A stretch of DNA of 55,273 bases from a virus (IMGVR_UViG_3300047157_000034:1-55273); one strand, 5' to 3'. Shown: positions 11,309 to 20,483, counted from the stretch's first letter. Notes: generated from the letters alone by a model not told the origin. Program-made: numbers and translations.

Positions 11309-11597
11309 TGTGCACCTCTATAATTGTTTTCACTTGCTCAACACAGTCTACCACATGTGCCACCCCATTAGCACGTCTAATCTCGTCAATCTCACGTTTT
11401 TGATTAGCCGTGACGTTATTGATCTTACCAAGAGCTTTAGTTTCAAACGCCATAAAGTGTCCATCTAAGCACACAAGAATATCAGGGCAACCTGATCTAC
11501 CCATGCCGTTAGACACAGGCATATAGTACCAAGCCCCAATAGATTTTAGATACTCTTTAACTTTTTTCTTTACTTTACCTTCGGGAGTTGTTGCCAT
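11268..11597 (-). CDS. VRR-NUC domain nuclease (probable resolvase)
   Basis: TPEGKVK...GCPDILVC..G.F.AFETKA..TANQ; likely start MATTPE at 11597. Confidence 0.88.
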   Translation of the reverse strand: MATTPEGKVKKKVKEYLKSIGAWYYMPVSNGMGRSGCPDILVCLDGHFMAFETKALGKINNVTANQKREIDEIRRANGVAHVVDCVEQVKTIIEVHNEKIVKERTSNQS

Positions 11598-11601
11598 AAA
11601 A

Positions 11602-12267
11602 TTACTGCCCGCAAAATTCGCATAATGATTTACCAACAGGACACCAGTTTTTACATAAACCAGATGGTTTTGGTAGCCACTTATCAGTTTCGTAAGAGTG
11701 CGCTAATCTATTTAGTCGAGGTAAAAAATTATTCCAAATGTCTGGTAACTGTTCACGAGTAAACTTTTCTTTATCAAACTTTTCTACTTTTAACCATATA
11801 AAACCAGTTACGACATTGGTTATCCAAGGATACATAGCAAAAGCTAAAGCCGCAAATAGTTTTAGTTGGTCGTTGTCAGGTCGATGTTTACCTGTTTTCC
11901 AATCTAACAAATAGGCAGTGTCCGAACCAACTACACCAATATCAATTATGCCACGTACCCATACATCTTTTGCCATCCATGTAGTCTGGCGAAAGTTCTT
12001 TGTGAGAGCAACGCGTTCTTCTACTACTCGCTTACCTTCTAACTTTTGTATCTTTCGTACATATCTACCGTATTCTTTCATAGAATCAGGTAAAGGCTTC
12101 TGACCTTTTGCGTATAGTTCAAGAGCTTTGTGTACTTCGTTACCCCATCTCGTCGCTTCAGTCTGTGCTTCTACTACTTGCTTTGTTACCCTTGTAAGTT
12201 GGTAACGCTTTGGGCAAGTCTCGTATGAAGTTAGAGCTGAATAACTCCAAGGGTGTTTTAGTTCCAA
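11602..12267 (-). CDS. PD-(D/E)XK (RecB/Cas4-like) exonuclease
   Basis: WSYSAL..YETCP, GIID...LLDWKTGK, QL.LFA, LCKNWCP..CEFC. Confidence 0.88.
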   Translation of the reverse strand: MELKHPWSYSALTSYETCPKRYQLTRVTKQVVEAQTEATRWGNEVHKALELYAKGQKPLPDSMKEYGRYVRKIQKLEGKRVVEERVALTKNFRQTTWMAKDVWVRGIIDIGVVGSDTAYLLDWKTGKHRPDNDQLKLFAALAFAMYPWITNVVTGFIWLKVEKFDKEKFTREQLPDIWNNFLPRLNRLAHSYETDKWLPKPSGLCKNWCPVGKSLCEFCGQ

Positions 12268-12293
12268 AATGGAGCACTCCTTTTTTATATTTC

Positions 12294-12330
12294 TGTACGT
12301 TTATATGCATACATGTAAACACATTGCAAG
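12294..12330 (-). promoter_or_regulatory. putative sigma70 promoter with GTAAAC motif in the spacer
   Basis: minus strand TTGCAA-18 nt-TATAAA; AAGGAG SD downstream. Confidence 0.5.
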
Positions 12331-12332
12331 GA

Positions 12333-14258
12333 TTATTTTGCACTTCCGTAACTATCTGCAATGTCACCTTCGCTCCAAGTTACTAACTCAGGCCACCAAT
12401 CAGGAGGTGTCCTCATTATAGACTGAACGTCGTCGAGTACTCCCTGGGCCCTGGAAGCGGGAACGACGTAGACGAGTTCATCATGCACCATGAGTGCAGG
12501 ATTTAAACCAAGAACTTGTTGTACAGTTATTGCATTGTCAGCAATCACACATCTGGCTAAGTGTTGAACTATATTCTCGTCTATCTTCCCTGCATAAATT
12601 CTAGCTTTGTTACGACCATGACCATACCACCACTCTTGTTGGTTGTGTTCGTCGTCGTACTCTATGCGCAAGTCAGGGTAACGTATAATACCTTTAGGCG
12701 TTTTCAGTCCGTCGGGGGTAGGGATTACCATACCCCACGGATCGACGGCACTACCCTCTGCACCTCGCATAATTGTCGGTAAAGATTTATGGCATGTGCG
12801 CCACCCTGCACAGATTTCGTTATACTCATATCGCCATCTGTCTACGATATCTCTGCTTTCATCTTCTGTTAGGTCTACACCGCCCATAAGTTTAGCAACC
12901 TTCTGAAATGTGACATGCCCTGCCCCAAATCCAAGCCCTAGATGTGCTACCTTACCAACTTGTCGTTGCTGTTTAGATACATCTTCTGGCGGTATCTCGT
13001 ATAGTTTACTAGCAAAGTCTTTGTATAAGTCAGCTTTCTCAGGATCATTCTGAAACATTTCTACACTAGATGGAACTTGCCATAAGAAGTGGTTAACACG
13101 TAATTCTATGCCGCTAAGATCGGCAACCACAACTTTGTAGCCTGAAGGCGCACGCAACGACGACCGCAACGCATCGGACGGCTTTGGGTTGTATGGATTG
13201 ATACGTGGTAAGTTCTGTGGATTATACCCCCAACCAGACCACCTACCAGTAGTATCAGCCCCATAGTATTTTAAAGGTATCGGTACTTTTGTATCAGGGT
13301 GTGCGTTAGCCGCGTCTATAAACGCCTGTATACGTGTTTGTAGGATAGTGGACTTCGCGTCGAGGCGGGCTGCAGCAACTGTAGCGACGAGCGGATTTTC
13401 GTGTTCTTGGAGTGCTAGGAAGTCTTCATCAGTTTTTGCTAACGCAGGAATTTCTTTACCAGTAGCTATAGAAATTTTAGTAGGAACTTGTACTCCCAAG
13501 GTCTCCAAGAACGCCTTAAATTTATTCGCTGATGCCAAAACTGTCAAGCTTTCTTGGGCGGCTTCGTCGTCCGTCATCTCTTCAGATCTTACACCCATAA
13601 CGTCAGCGGCTTCTACTAACATCGCCTGCTTACGAGCACTTTCATCAGCTAACGTGTTAATCAGTAAATCCATATCTACATTAAACTGTGGTTCGATTAA
13701 CATTCGTATTGTCATGTCGATTAATTTTATCTCGTCTTTGCGTGACTGCCTGATGAGTCGTGTAAGTAAATCGTAGCACTGGTCAACGTCAGCGGCGTTG
13801 TAGTACCGCATGTCCGCCACTTCATCGTCGGTAAAATCAGCAAGCCGTTTACCTTTTGTTGCGACTAACACAGATTGGTCTTTGAACCCTAACTTGTAAT
13901 GTTGAACAAGTTTAGCCAAGGATAGCCCCACATCTTTTGCGTGGATAGGTCTAGCCATTGCGAGGGTACAGCCCCATAGTTTGGGTTTTATTCCTAGTCG
14001 CCACGATAGTATCATAGCGTCAAAGCCAGATAGGTTATGCCCTACCACCCAATACTCTGACCAATCTGTGTTGTCGCAGATGTCACGTACCTGCTGTTCC
14101 CCAAACGCGACGACAGTTTTCTCTTCGCCAAATTTAAACGCGCAAGAGATTATCTCCGTGTCAGGGTGCATACAGTACGCAATGGGCGACATCTTAGTAA
14201 GCGAGTGACCAACCGCCCAATAAGTTTCTAGGTCAACTACTGCTATCTTCACTCTCAA
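12333..14258 (-). CDS. polA: family A DNA polymerase with 3'-5' exonuclease domain
   Basis: ExoI DLET, ExoII HNLSGFD, ExoIII YNAAD; TTGRWSG; motif A ADLSGIELR, motif B RQVGKVAHLGLGFG, motif C VHDE. Confidence 0.95.
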   Translation of the reverse strand: MRVKIAVVDLETYWAVGHSLTKMSPIAYCMHPDTEIISCAFKFGEEKTVVAFGEQQVRDICDNTDWSEYWVVGHNLSGFDAMILSWRLGIKPKLWGCTLAMARPIHAKDVGLSLAKLVQHYKLGFKDQSVLVATKGKRLADFTDDEVADMRYYNAADVDQCYDLLTRLIRQSRKDEIKLIDMTIRMLIEPQFNVDMDLLINTLADESARKQAMLVEAADVMGVRSEEMTDDEAAQESLTVLASANKFKAFLETLGVQVPTKISIATGKEIPALAKTDEDFLALQEHENPLVATVAAARLDAKSTILQTRIQAFIDAANAHPDTKVPIPLKYYGADTTGRWSGWGYNPQNLPRINPYNPKPSDALRSSLRAPSGYKVVVADLSGIELRVNHFLWQVPSSVEMFQNDPEKADLYKDFASKLYEIPPEDVSKQQRQVGKVAHLGLGFGAGHVTFQKVAKLMGGVDLTEDESRDIVDRWRYEYNEICAGWRTCHKSLPTIMRGAEGSAVDPWGMVIPTPDGLKTPKGIIRYPDLRIEYDDEHNQQEWWYGHGRNKARIYAGKIDENIVQHLARCVIADNAITVQQVLGLNPALMVHDELVYVVPASRAQGVLDDVQSIMRTPPDWWPELVTWSEGDIADSYGSAK

Positions 14259-14529
14259 CCTCCTCTAGTTTATCTAAAACTCTTCTAAGATATCCTCTTG
14301 TCAAGCCTGCACTATCAAACGCCGCTTTCAAATTGATATCATCAATAGGTGATATTCTAGCTTTTTGCTCAGTAGGCTCTTGTACAGTTGAGCCAACCTT
14401 GTGTGCGTTAAGGAACTCAAGCAGTGTAGGCTTATCCGTTGGCACTTCGACTTGCTCAAACTCACCAAACTTTTTAGCGTCAGCTTGTGTGCCTGCCCAC
14501 CTACCTTGGTTATCTGTGTATAGTTTCAT
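14233..14529 (-). CDS. hypothetical protein
   Basis: coupled to neighbours by overlaps; GGAGG SD. Confidence 0.6.
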   Translation of the reverse strand: MKLYTDNQGRWAGTQADAKKFGEFEQVEVPTDKPTLLEFLNAHKVGSTVQEPTEQKARISPIDDINLKAAFDSAGLTRGYLRRVLDKLEEVESEDSSS

Positions 14530-14810
14530 TATTCATCCTCCAGTTCGCACTCGTAGGCGATGCCCGTATACGCCATGATGTCGACGTAATGATCTTTCTT
14601 GAGTGGGCTTGTACGCTTACGAGCAAGTTTAGTTGCTATGTGGAATATAGGAACATCTGATGCTTTAAGTTGATGACCAGTTATAGCGTTAAATATATTT
14701 GCTATGTGAGTCATGTTATCAACAGGATTACCATATTCCTTATTACGATCTCGCGATGTCAGAGCAGACGCTTCCGACAGAAGATCACACCGATTAGCTT
14801 TTTTATCCAT
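14529..14810 (-). CDS. DUF6378-like all-alpha protein
   Basis: DRNKEYGNP.DNM..IA...KLAR.....KKDHYVDIMAY pattern. Confidence 0.7.
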   Translation of the reverse strand: MDKKANRCDLLSEASALTSRDRNKEYGNPVDNMTHIANIFNAITGHQLKASDVPIFHIATKLARKRTSPLKKDHYVDIMAYTGIAYECELEDE

Positions 14811-14813
14811 CAG

Positions 14814-15134
14814 TTATAGTGCCGTGTACAACCATACTGAAAGAACGCCAACTATGACTAGCATAATTATCGCCTGTACTGTACGACCGCCCCACGTTTT
14901 ACCGCGTGCAACTGGCTCTCTCATAGGAGCAGACATTATAGACTTCTCAAAGTCGTTCTGTTCTTTAAGTGCTTCAGCTTCAAATACTTCTCGCGGAGTG
15001 CCTATATTTTTCATCAGTTTGTGGGCGTAGGCGTATGATACCCCAGTAGCCCGCGCAACTTGTGCAGGCGTGGCTAACTTGTTCTTGAGTAAATACTTCC
15101 ACACCTTGTCTGATTTTTTAGTTTTCTTAGCCAT
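14814..15134 (-). CDS. HTH-containing protein with C-terminal TM helix
   Basis: ATPAQVARATGVSYAYAHK HTH; hydrophobic C-terminus. Confidence 0.6.
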   Translation of the reverse strand: MAKKTKKSDKVWKYLLKNKLATPAQVARATGVSYAYAHKLMKNIGTPREVFEAEALKEQNDFEKSIMSAPMREPVARGKTWGGRTVQAIIMLVIVGVLSVWLYTAL

Positions 15135-15135
15135 T

Positions 15136-15444
15136 TTATTTATCTCCTGTTACTAAGTGTTTTAATTTTTGCATCTCTGGGTTGTTACGCATTTTACGCA
15201 TACCTCTGGCTTCAATTTGACGGACACGTTCTTTAGAAATGCCAAACAATTTTCCAATAGCACTAAGTGTCCAACCTTCCTCGTTCGGCATATCAATACC
15301 AAAACGCATCTTAACAATAATAAGTTCTCGCTCGGTTACATTACCTGATTGATAACTATCTTTACTTAGTCTTCCTGTTTCTAACTCTTTTAAAGTTTCG
15401 TCAGAAAAGACTTCGTATTGTTTATACAGATCGCCGTAAACCAT
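15136..15444 (-). CDS. stand-alone sigma-70 region 4 domain protein
   Basis: TERELIIVKMRFGI....WTLSAIGKLFGISKERVRQIEARGMRKMR matches RpoD region 4.1/4.2. Confidence 0.88.
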   Translation of the reverse strand: MVYGDLYKQYEVFSDETLKELETGRLSKDSYQSGNVTERELIIVKMRFGIDMPNEEGWTLSAIGKLFGISKERVRQIEARGMRKMRNNPEMQKLKHLVTGDK

Positions 15445-15447
15445 GAC

Positions 15448-16152
15448 CTATCCTGCTGATGCTATTTGATGTGCAACTGCCGCGCTTGTCAACGCATCGA
15501 CATCTATATCCAATTCCTCTTTAGGAGCAGGAGTAGCCGCTTTGCCACGTGGTGGCGACGGAGCGTGAAGTTTCTGTATATACTCGTCAGGCACATAATG
15601 CTCTATCTCTGGCATGGCTTTGATAGCCGTATTCAAAGACGAGTGTTGATTCATAAACGATTTCAGTTGCTCACGAACTTTGTCAAACTTTGTCTTGATG
15701 CCTGCCCTTGTAGCTTCATTAGACTTACCGCCTTTAAACCAAGCCATAACAATAGGTGGTATGTCGCTCTCCGCAAAAGTAATTTTAGTATTATTATAGT
15801 AACTACCTGTATTGGGGTCAAAATGCTCTGGCGATAAACAGAATGGTTTGTCTTCTCTCTCAATAGTCACTCGTAGCCTACCACTCTCAGGGCAGTCAAC
15901 AGGCGGTTCTATAGTAACGTCTACACGTTTTGAGCGTGCTAAACGTGATGACCACTCGCTTGGCATTTTATCTCTTAGCTCTGGTGCTAGCTTCCATGAA
16001 ACTGTCTCTATCGCATCAGATAACGCTTTATACTCTGCGCTATTTTCTGTGACTGTCGCAGTCTCGTAAGGTTTTTGCGCAACACGAGACATATCATCTA
16101 CCTTAGATAATATCTCGTGTACAAGTGTGTCAGTTTTTCTTACATAAGCCAT
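15448..16152 (-). CDS. hypothetical protein, Nmad5-like C-terminus
   Basis: SSLNTAIKAMPEIEHYVP motif; AAGGAG SD. Confidence 0.5.
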   Translation of the reverse strand: MAYVRKTDTLVHEILSKVDDMSRVAQKPYETATVTENSAEYKALSDAIETVSWKLAPELRDKMPSEWSSRLARSKRVDVTIEPPVDCPESGRLRVTIEREDKPFCLSPEHFDPNTGSYYNNTKITFAESDIPPIVMAWFKGGKSNEATRAGIKTKFDKVREQLKSFMNQHSSLNTAIKAMPEIEHYVPDEYIQKLHAPSPPRGKAATPAPKEELDIDVDALTSAAVAHQIASAG

Positions 16153-16175
16153 ATGTTTCTCCTTTTTGGCTAGGT

Positions 16176-17351
16176 TTACGCATCGACATCAAACTCTATT
16201 ACTTGACCCCAATCAAAGTCGGGGCTATGAGTCGTGAGCCATACAGTGTCGTGCTTGGATGTGAAGTCGTTCTGATTGCCGTAACCATCAGTAAAATAGA
16301 CAACGACTTCGGGGTCTAAATCATGTTCATCAATATAATCGAAAACAGGATCAAACGCAGTACCACCTCCTCCATGCGGAGTTAGTTTGATTGGAAACTC
16401 TTCGGGTTCGTAAGTATCTACGTGTGCAACATCTGCGTCGCAATATATAACTGTCACAGACTTTGGATTGCACTGCTCGATTATCCTATTAACGTGTCCA
16501 CCAAATACATTCAGTTCTTCTTGTCTAATAGAACCTGATGTATCTATACCAAACACCACGTTACCCATGCGTGGGACGTAGTCATCTCCAGGGAGGTAAA
16601 GACCACGACCGATAAACCTACGATTAGGTCTTTTCCATGACCTACCATCTTTTAGCTTACTATTGAAGTATCGCTCTAGTTTATCGTACCAAGGTGTTTT
16701 TACGTTAACCAACTCGTCTATCATACGCTCGAGAGATGCAGGCAACTTACCCTTCTGCTTGGCTAGAGTCGCGGATTGTATAGCTTCGACCTTGGCTTTG
16801 GCTTCTATCTCTTTTACCTTACTCTCATCAAGTGGCTTACCCTGAGCATCTACAGGATCACCTATGTCTAAGCCAATACCACCGCCTGCTCCACCACCAG
16901 TATCTTCTGGTGGATCGTTGTACAGTTCTTCGGTGGCCTTATCTCTTGCACCATCAAAGTGACAACCACCTTCTATGAACTTACCGACTTTGGCGTCTAT
17001 AAGAGTATCGTTGATAACTAAGTCAGCGGATATGTTCCACATCTCAGGATCACGTGCGCCACGTCTTGTTGAATGGCATAGCATAAAGTGCATAGCTTCG
17101 TGTGCTAATAGAAAAATAGTATTCTGCAAGGGGTCTGGTAGGTGCGCTATGAAATGTGGGTTAAGCCGCATCTGCCCTACAGCGTCCATCGACGCAGTTT
17201 GTGTGTCGTAATCATATATAATAGTACGCTTACTCACAGCCATACCAAAGAAGGGGTGATGCAATATCAACCTCGCTTTGGCTTTAGTAACTAAGTCTTC
17301 CACCTTCTTTTGTTCTGGTGGTGACAATGGTTCTGGTATTTGGTCAAACAT
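16176..17351 (-). CDS. metallopeptidase + vWA domain protein (DUF2201-like)
   Basis: LLAHEAMH zincin, WNISADLVIN, MIDAS IDTSGS, GGGGTAF, YFTDG; likely start MFDQ at 17351 (TAATG overlap). Confidence 0.9.
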   Translation of the reverse strand: MFDQIPEPLSPPEQKKVEDLVTKAKARLILHHPFFGMAVSKRTIIYDYDTQTASMDAVGQMRLNPHFIAHLPDPLQNTIFLLAHEAMHFMLCHSTRRGARDPEMWNISADLVINDTLIDAKVGKFIEGGCHFDGARDKATEELYNDPPEDTGGGAGGGIGLDIGDPVDAQGKPLDESKVKEIEAKAKVEAIQSATLAKQKGKLPASLERMIDELVNVKTPWYDKLERYFNSKLKDGRSWKRPNRRFIGRGLYLPGDDYVPRMGNVVFGIDTSGSIRQEELNVFGGHVNRIIEQCNPKSVTVIYCDADVAHVDTYEPEEFPIKLTPHGGGGTAFDPVFDYIDEHDLDPEVVVYFTDGYGNQNDFTSKHDTVWLTTHSPDFDWGQVIEFDVDA

Positions 17352-17494
17352 TATAACCTCTCTTCTTTCTGCCATTTTTCATGTATAGCTTCTGCCATAC
17401 ATCTGGCGGTTAAACCTTCACGTTTTTCTATTTCGTCAAACGCTTGGTCGTTTGTCATGTCTTCGAGAAGACTACTCAACAACTCTTCTATCAT
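17351..17494 (-). CDS. 47-aa hypothetical protein (not in ORF track)
   Basis: MIEELLSSLLEDMTNDQAF...; ATGA and TAATG overlaps at both ends. Confidence 0.6.
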   Translation of the reverse strand: MIEELLSSLLEDMTNDQAFDEIEKREGLTARCMAEAIHEKWQKEERL

Positions 17495-18543
17495 AACACC
17501 AAGCCTTTCATTTTACCCATTAGGCTCTCAATGTCAGTCTTAGCTTGCGATCTAGCATTAGGGCTATGTCGTATGATCTCTTTACTTCCTGCTAGCCCTG
17601 AAGCGAGGGTGTTTAACTCAGTAATCTGTTTTCTAATTACTGGGTCGTCACTGAGACAGACTCGATTCATACGATCTGCAACCTCTACCATATTGTCGAT
17701 CAAGCTATCTCTAAACACAGAGCCATCTTCGCCTATAGGTATAGATAGTTTTTTAACGGCTTCGCCTAATGGTTTAACCATCTGCTCTACTACATGAGTA
17801 GCCGCCGTCGTCTGCACATCGTCCAGCTGGCGCTGTAACGACGACTTCTCTGCATCAGACATTCCGAAACGTGGGTCAAAGTCATCTACTTTAGGTATCG
17901 GACTATACTGCACGTCGATTGAGAAACGAGACCGCAAATCATCTACATCAGGATAGTCATTTATATTGGCAAGATCAGGATTACCTTTTGCATTACCTAT
18001 CTGCTGAATACGTGCAAAATCAGTCTGCACAACTTGATCCCAATTATCGCACAAAGTATCAATTGATGCATAAGCGTCGTCGACGAGGCCGCGCAGCCCC
18101 GATGTAAAATCGCTCCACGTCATCATGTTTAACATGCGTTGGCCTACTGCCCAAGGGACTGTGTTGTCGTTGACGTAAGTATAGACCGCCGTAAACTTAG
18201 CAACTGTTCGCTTGACAAGATTGTCTCGCCCATCAAACAGATGTTTATTAACACGGCCTGCACCATACTCTTCTGTTGCCGAAGCATCAGAGATGTAAGG
18301 GCGATACATACCACGCTTAAGCGTAACAAGGATTGCTTTCTCGTTGAGCGGTTTAACCTCTATCAACTGGCGAACAGGTTGTTCAGTTGGTAGTTTTTGG
18401 TTTGGTACGGGGCAGGGCTCATCAGCGACTACGTCGTCGTTTTCCGTACCAATCCCCACGTTGCCACCACTGTCGATGCTAGCTGATGAGTCGTCACTAT
18501 GCTTGAGCGCATCAGCTAAGGCTTGTTGTAATAACATATTCAT
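17491..18543 (-). CDS. DUF3150-like conserved phage protein
   Basis: DYPDVDDLRSRFSI, TVPW and VFRDSL motifs; typical partner of AAA/vWA genes. Confidence 0.6.
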   Translation of the reverse strand: MNMLLQQALADALKHSDDSSASIDSGGNVGIGTENDDVVADEPCPVPNQKLPTEQPVRQLIEVKPLNEKAILVTLKRGMYRPYISDASATEEYGAGRVNKHLFDGRDNLVKRTVAKFTAVYTYVNDNTVPWAVGQRMLNMMTWSDFTSGLRGLVDDAYASIDTLCDNWDQVVQTDFARIQQIGNAKGNPDLANINDYPDVDDLRSRFSIDVQYSPIPKVDDFDPRFGMSDAEKSSLQRQLDDVQTTAATHVVEQMVKPLGEAVKKLSIPIGEDGSVFRDSLIDNMVEVADRMNRVCLSDDPVIRKQITELNTLASGLAGSKEIIRHSPNARSQAKTDIESLMGKMKGLVL

Positions 18544-18554
18544 TTACTTTCCTC

Positions 18555-19562
18555 CTATTTAAATATGTCTTGGTTCTTAACTGCATACTCAGTAAACGCT
18601 TTGGTTGTCTGAATTGCAGGGTTCATTTTGAGTGCGTCAGTTAGATACACAACTGCAAACTCTTTGGGCATACGTGTCACGTACTTCATATCAACCTCAA
18701 AGCTATCTACTGTTGATGTCACAGACAAAGACGTTGCTACTGCGTAACGTACCGCAGGCTCTTTGGGTGTCTCCGTCGTCTCTGGATGCATTCTAATGAC
18801 GTCGATGTTAGGCATTTTTGACATCATATCTTTGGCCGCTACCCATTCAGCCGCCGCCCCTTCACCAACTTTACCCTCACATGCCATAAGATAAAGATCA
18901 GATGGTAGATCAGATGGTACTTCAGTGAATAGCTTAGTCCATGATCTCTGCGTAGGATTACTACGCCTACTAGGATCATAGTCATTCAGAAGATTAGGGC
19001 GTAGTCGCAAGAACGCTATGCCAAGTGGATCAACGTCATTCTCTAACGCCCAAGCACACCAGTCGTCGAGAGATGTCTCAACATCAAAGTGATACATGCG
19101 GTCGTTAAGGTGTCCTAACAACGGCTTCGCCCCCGCTCTGTCTTCGGCGCGGTTGCCAGTAGCGATGATGCACACATCTTTATCTAACTTAAAACATGGT
19201 GTTTCACGCTCTAACATAAAGCCTGCCGCCCATGTCTGGTGATGCAACGACGATTGATGCAATTCTTCCAAGACAATTAACCCACCGCCAGTGCCTTCGC
19301 GAAAATCGTAAAACATTTTAGATGGATTAAAGATTGTCATGCCGTCGTCGGTGACACTAGGTACACCAGTGAAGTCAACGACATCATGGTTGTTGATATG
19401 CACAACTAAGATGCGATCATCAGAGAACCCTAGTGCTTTACCTATTTGAACACTTACGTCGCTCTTGCCTTCCCCAGGTTTACCGACGATGTCGACAACA
19501 ACCTTGGGTGATTTTTGGTACATAGCTACCGCAGTAGCTTTGATTTGGGATATAGAACCCAT
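18555..19562 (-). CDS. MoxR-type AAA+ ATPase
   Basis: Walker A GKPGEGKS, Walker B LIVLEE, ATGNR..D, NDRM, PTQRSW; GGAGG SD before MGSISQ. Confidence 0.9.
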   Translation of the reverse strand: MGSISQIKATAVAMYQKSPKVVVDIVGKPGEGKSDVSVQIGKALGFSDDRILVVHINNHDVVDFTGVPSVTDDGMTIFNPSKMFYDFREGTGGGLIVLEELHQSSLHHQTWAAGFMLERETPCFKLDKDVCIIATGNRAEDRAGAKPLLGHLNDRMYHFDVETSLDDWCAWALENDVDPLGIAFLRLRPNLLNDYDPSRRSNPTQRSWTKLFTEVPSDLPSDLYLMACEGKVGEGAAAEWVAAKDMMSKMPNIDVIRMHPETTETPKEPAVRYAVATSLSVTSTVDSFEVDMKYVTRMPKEFAVVYLTDALKMNPAIQTTKAFTEYAVKNQDIFK

Positions 19563-19584
19563 ATTTACCTCCATTTAGTTTGAG

Positions 19585-19654
19585 TGTGTATAAACGTGTT
19601 TAAATAATGTTACATGTAAATACACGTAAACATCTAAACTGTCAACACGTTTAT
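19585..19654 (-). promoter_or_regulatory. promoter of the AAA operon overlapped by several GTNNAC-type repeats
   Basis: TTGACA (19645-19640)-17 nt-TATTTA; GTAAAC, GTCAAC, GTTTAT, ATAAAC and CTAAAC copies. Confidence 0.6.
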
Positions 19655-19714
19655 GGATAGACAGTTTGAATTAGCTGGCTGCGAGCTGTAACCACGACGG
19701 CTCTTCTCTTACAT

Positions 19715-19888
19715 TCACAGTGTTTCTTGTTGAACTTTAACTTCAATACCAAGTGATTTGACTAATGATATGACGCGGTCAGTCAGCGTCGTCGTTCCCG
19801 CAACTTTGGCGAATGTGTGAGCACGTTGGCAAACAGGATAAATAACTCGGTTGCCATAGTTGTTTGCGATGCGTACCGTTATGCTCAT
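19715..19888 (-). CDS. 57-aa hypothetical protein (not in ORF track)
   Basis: MSITVRIANNYGNRVIYPVC...; GGAGG SD; ATGA overlap. Confidence 0.7.
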   Translation of the reverse strand: MSITVRIANNYGNRVIYPVCQRAHTFAKVAGTTTLTDRVISLVKSLGIEVKVQQETL

Positions 19889-20247
19889 GCTACCTCCTCC
19901 TGAAATTGTGACAACACGTCGTTAATCAGTTCATCAGTTAAAGTCTTGAGGTTGCGATGAGTCGTACTAGAAACTATGCAGTGTTGAGCATAGGCCGTCG
20001 AACACTGAGCATCATGTGCAGTGTACTTGGTAAACTCTGAAATAACGAAAGTACGCATAGCCTTTAGGTCGTGTCGGTGCGCGTTTACATATTCTCTATT
20101 ACGCAACCCATGATCTTGTCCAAGGTAAGAACCCTCTATCCAACAGCCAAATAGACTACGCGTTATGTGGTTGCAGTCAGTCAAGATTGCACCGCTTAGA
20201 TCGGACATGATGCGACCCTTTACGGTGTCGCGATTAAATGTATTCAT
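19885..20247 (-). CDS. hypothetical early protein
   Basis: AAGGAGG SD; coupled to the downstream gene. Confidence 0.7.
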   Translation of the reverse strand: MNTFNRDTVKGRIMSDLSGAILTDCNHITRSLFGCWIEGSYLGQDHGLRNREYVNAHRHDLKAMRTFVISEFTKYTAHDAQCSTAYAQHCIVSSTTHRNLKTLTDELINDVLSQFQEEVA

Positions 20248-20256
20248 ACTACCTCC

Positions 20257-20388
20257 TTACCCACCAAAACCGTAGGCTATAAAATTTAATAATACTGGTA
20301 TTGCTATGACGATAAGAAATGCACCTAATGATGTTGTGATGATTTCCCACCATGTCATGCTTGATAAGATTTCTTTGATAAGTCTCAT
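20257..20388 (-). CDS. 43-aa membrane microprotein (not in ORF track)
   Basis: MRLIKEILSSMTWWEIITTSLGAFLIVIAIPVLLNFIAYGFGG; AGGT SD. Confidence 0.6.
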   Translation of the reverse strand: MRLIKEILSSMTWWEIITTSLGAFLIVIAIPVLLNFIAYGFGG

Positions 20389-20403
20389 GTTGCACCTATT
20401 AAT

Positions 20404-20477
20404 TGGCAGAGGTTGTAGGAATTGAACCCACATCTACAAGGTTGGAACTTGTCGTGTTACCATTACACTAAACCTCT
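20404..20477 (-). tRNA. trnW: tRNA-Trp (CCA)
   Basis: Acceptor stem AGAGGTT/AACCTCT with G-CCA 3' end encoded; D-loop AATGGTA; anticodon arm ACAAG-TTCCAAC-CTTGT; T-loop GTTCAATTCC. Confidence 0.93.
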
Positions 20478-20483
20478 ATGTGT

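Noticed and set aside
12333-16152. Complete 2-aminoadenine (Z-genome) pathway
   Set aside because: No PurZ/PurA-like or HD-domain DatZ gene in the window, and only part of the DpoZ signature is present
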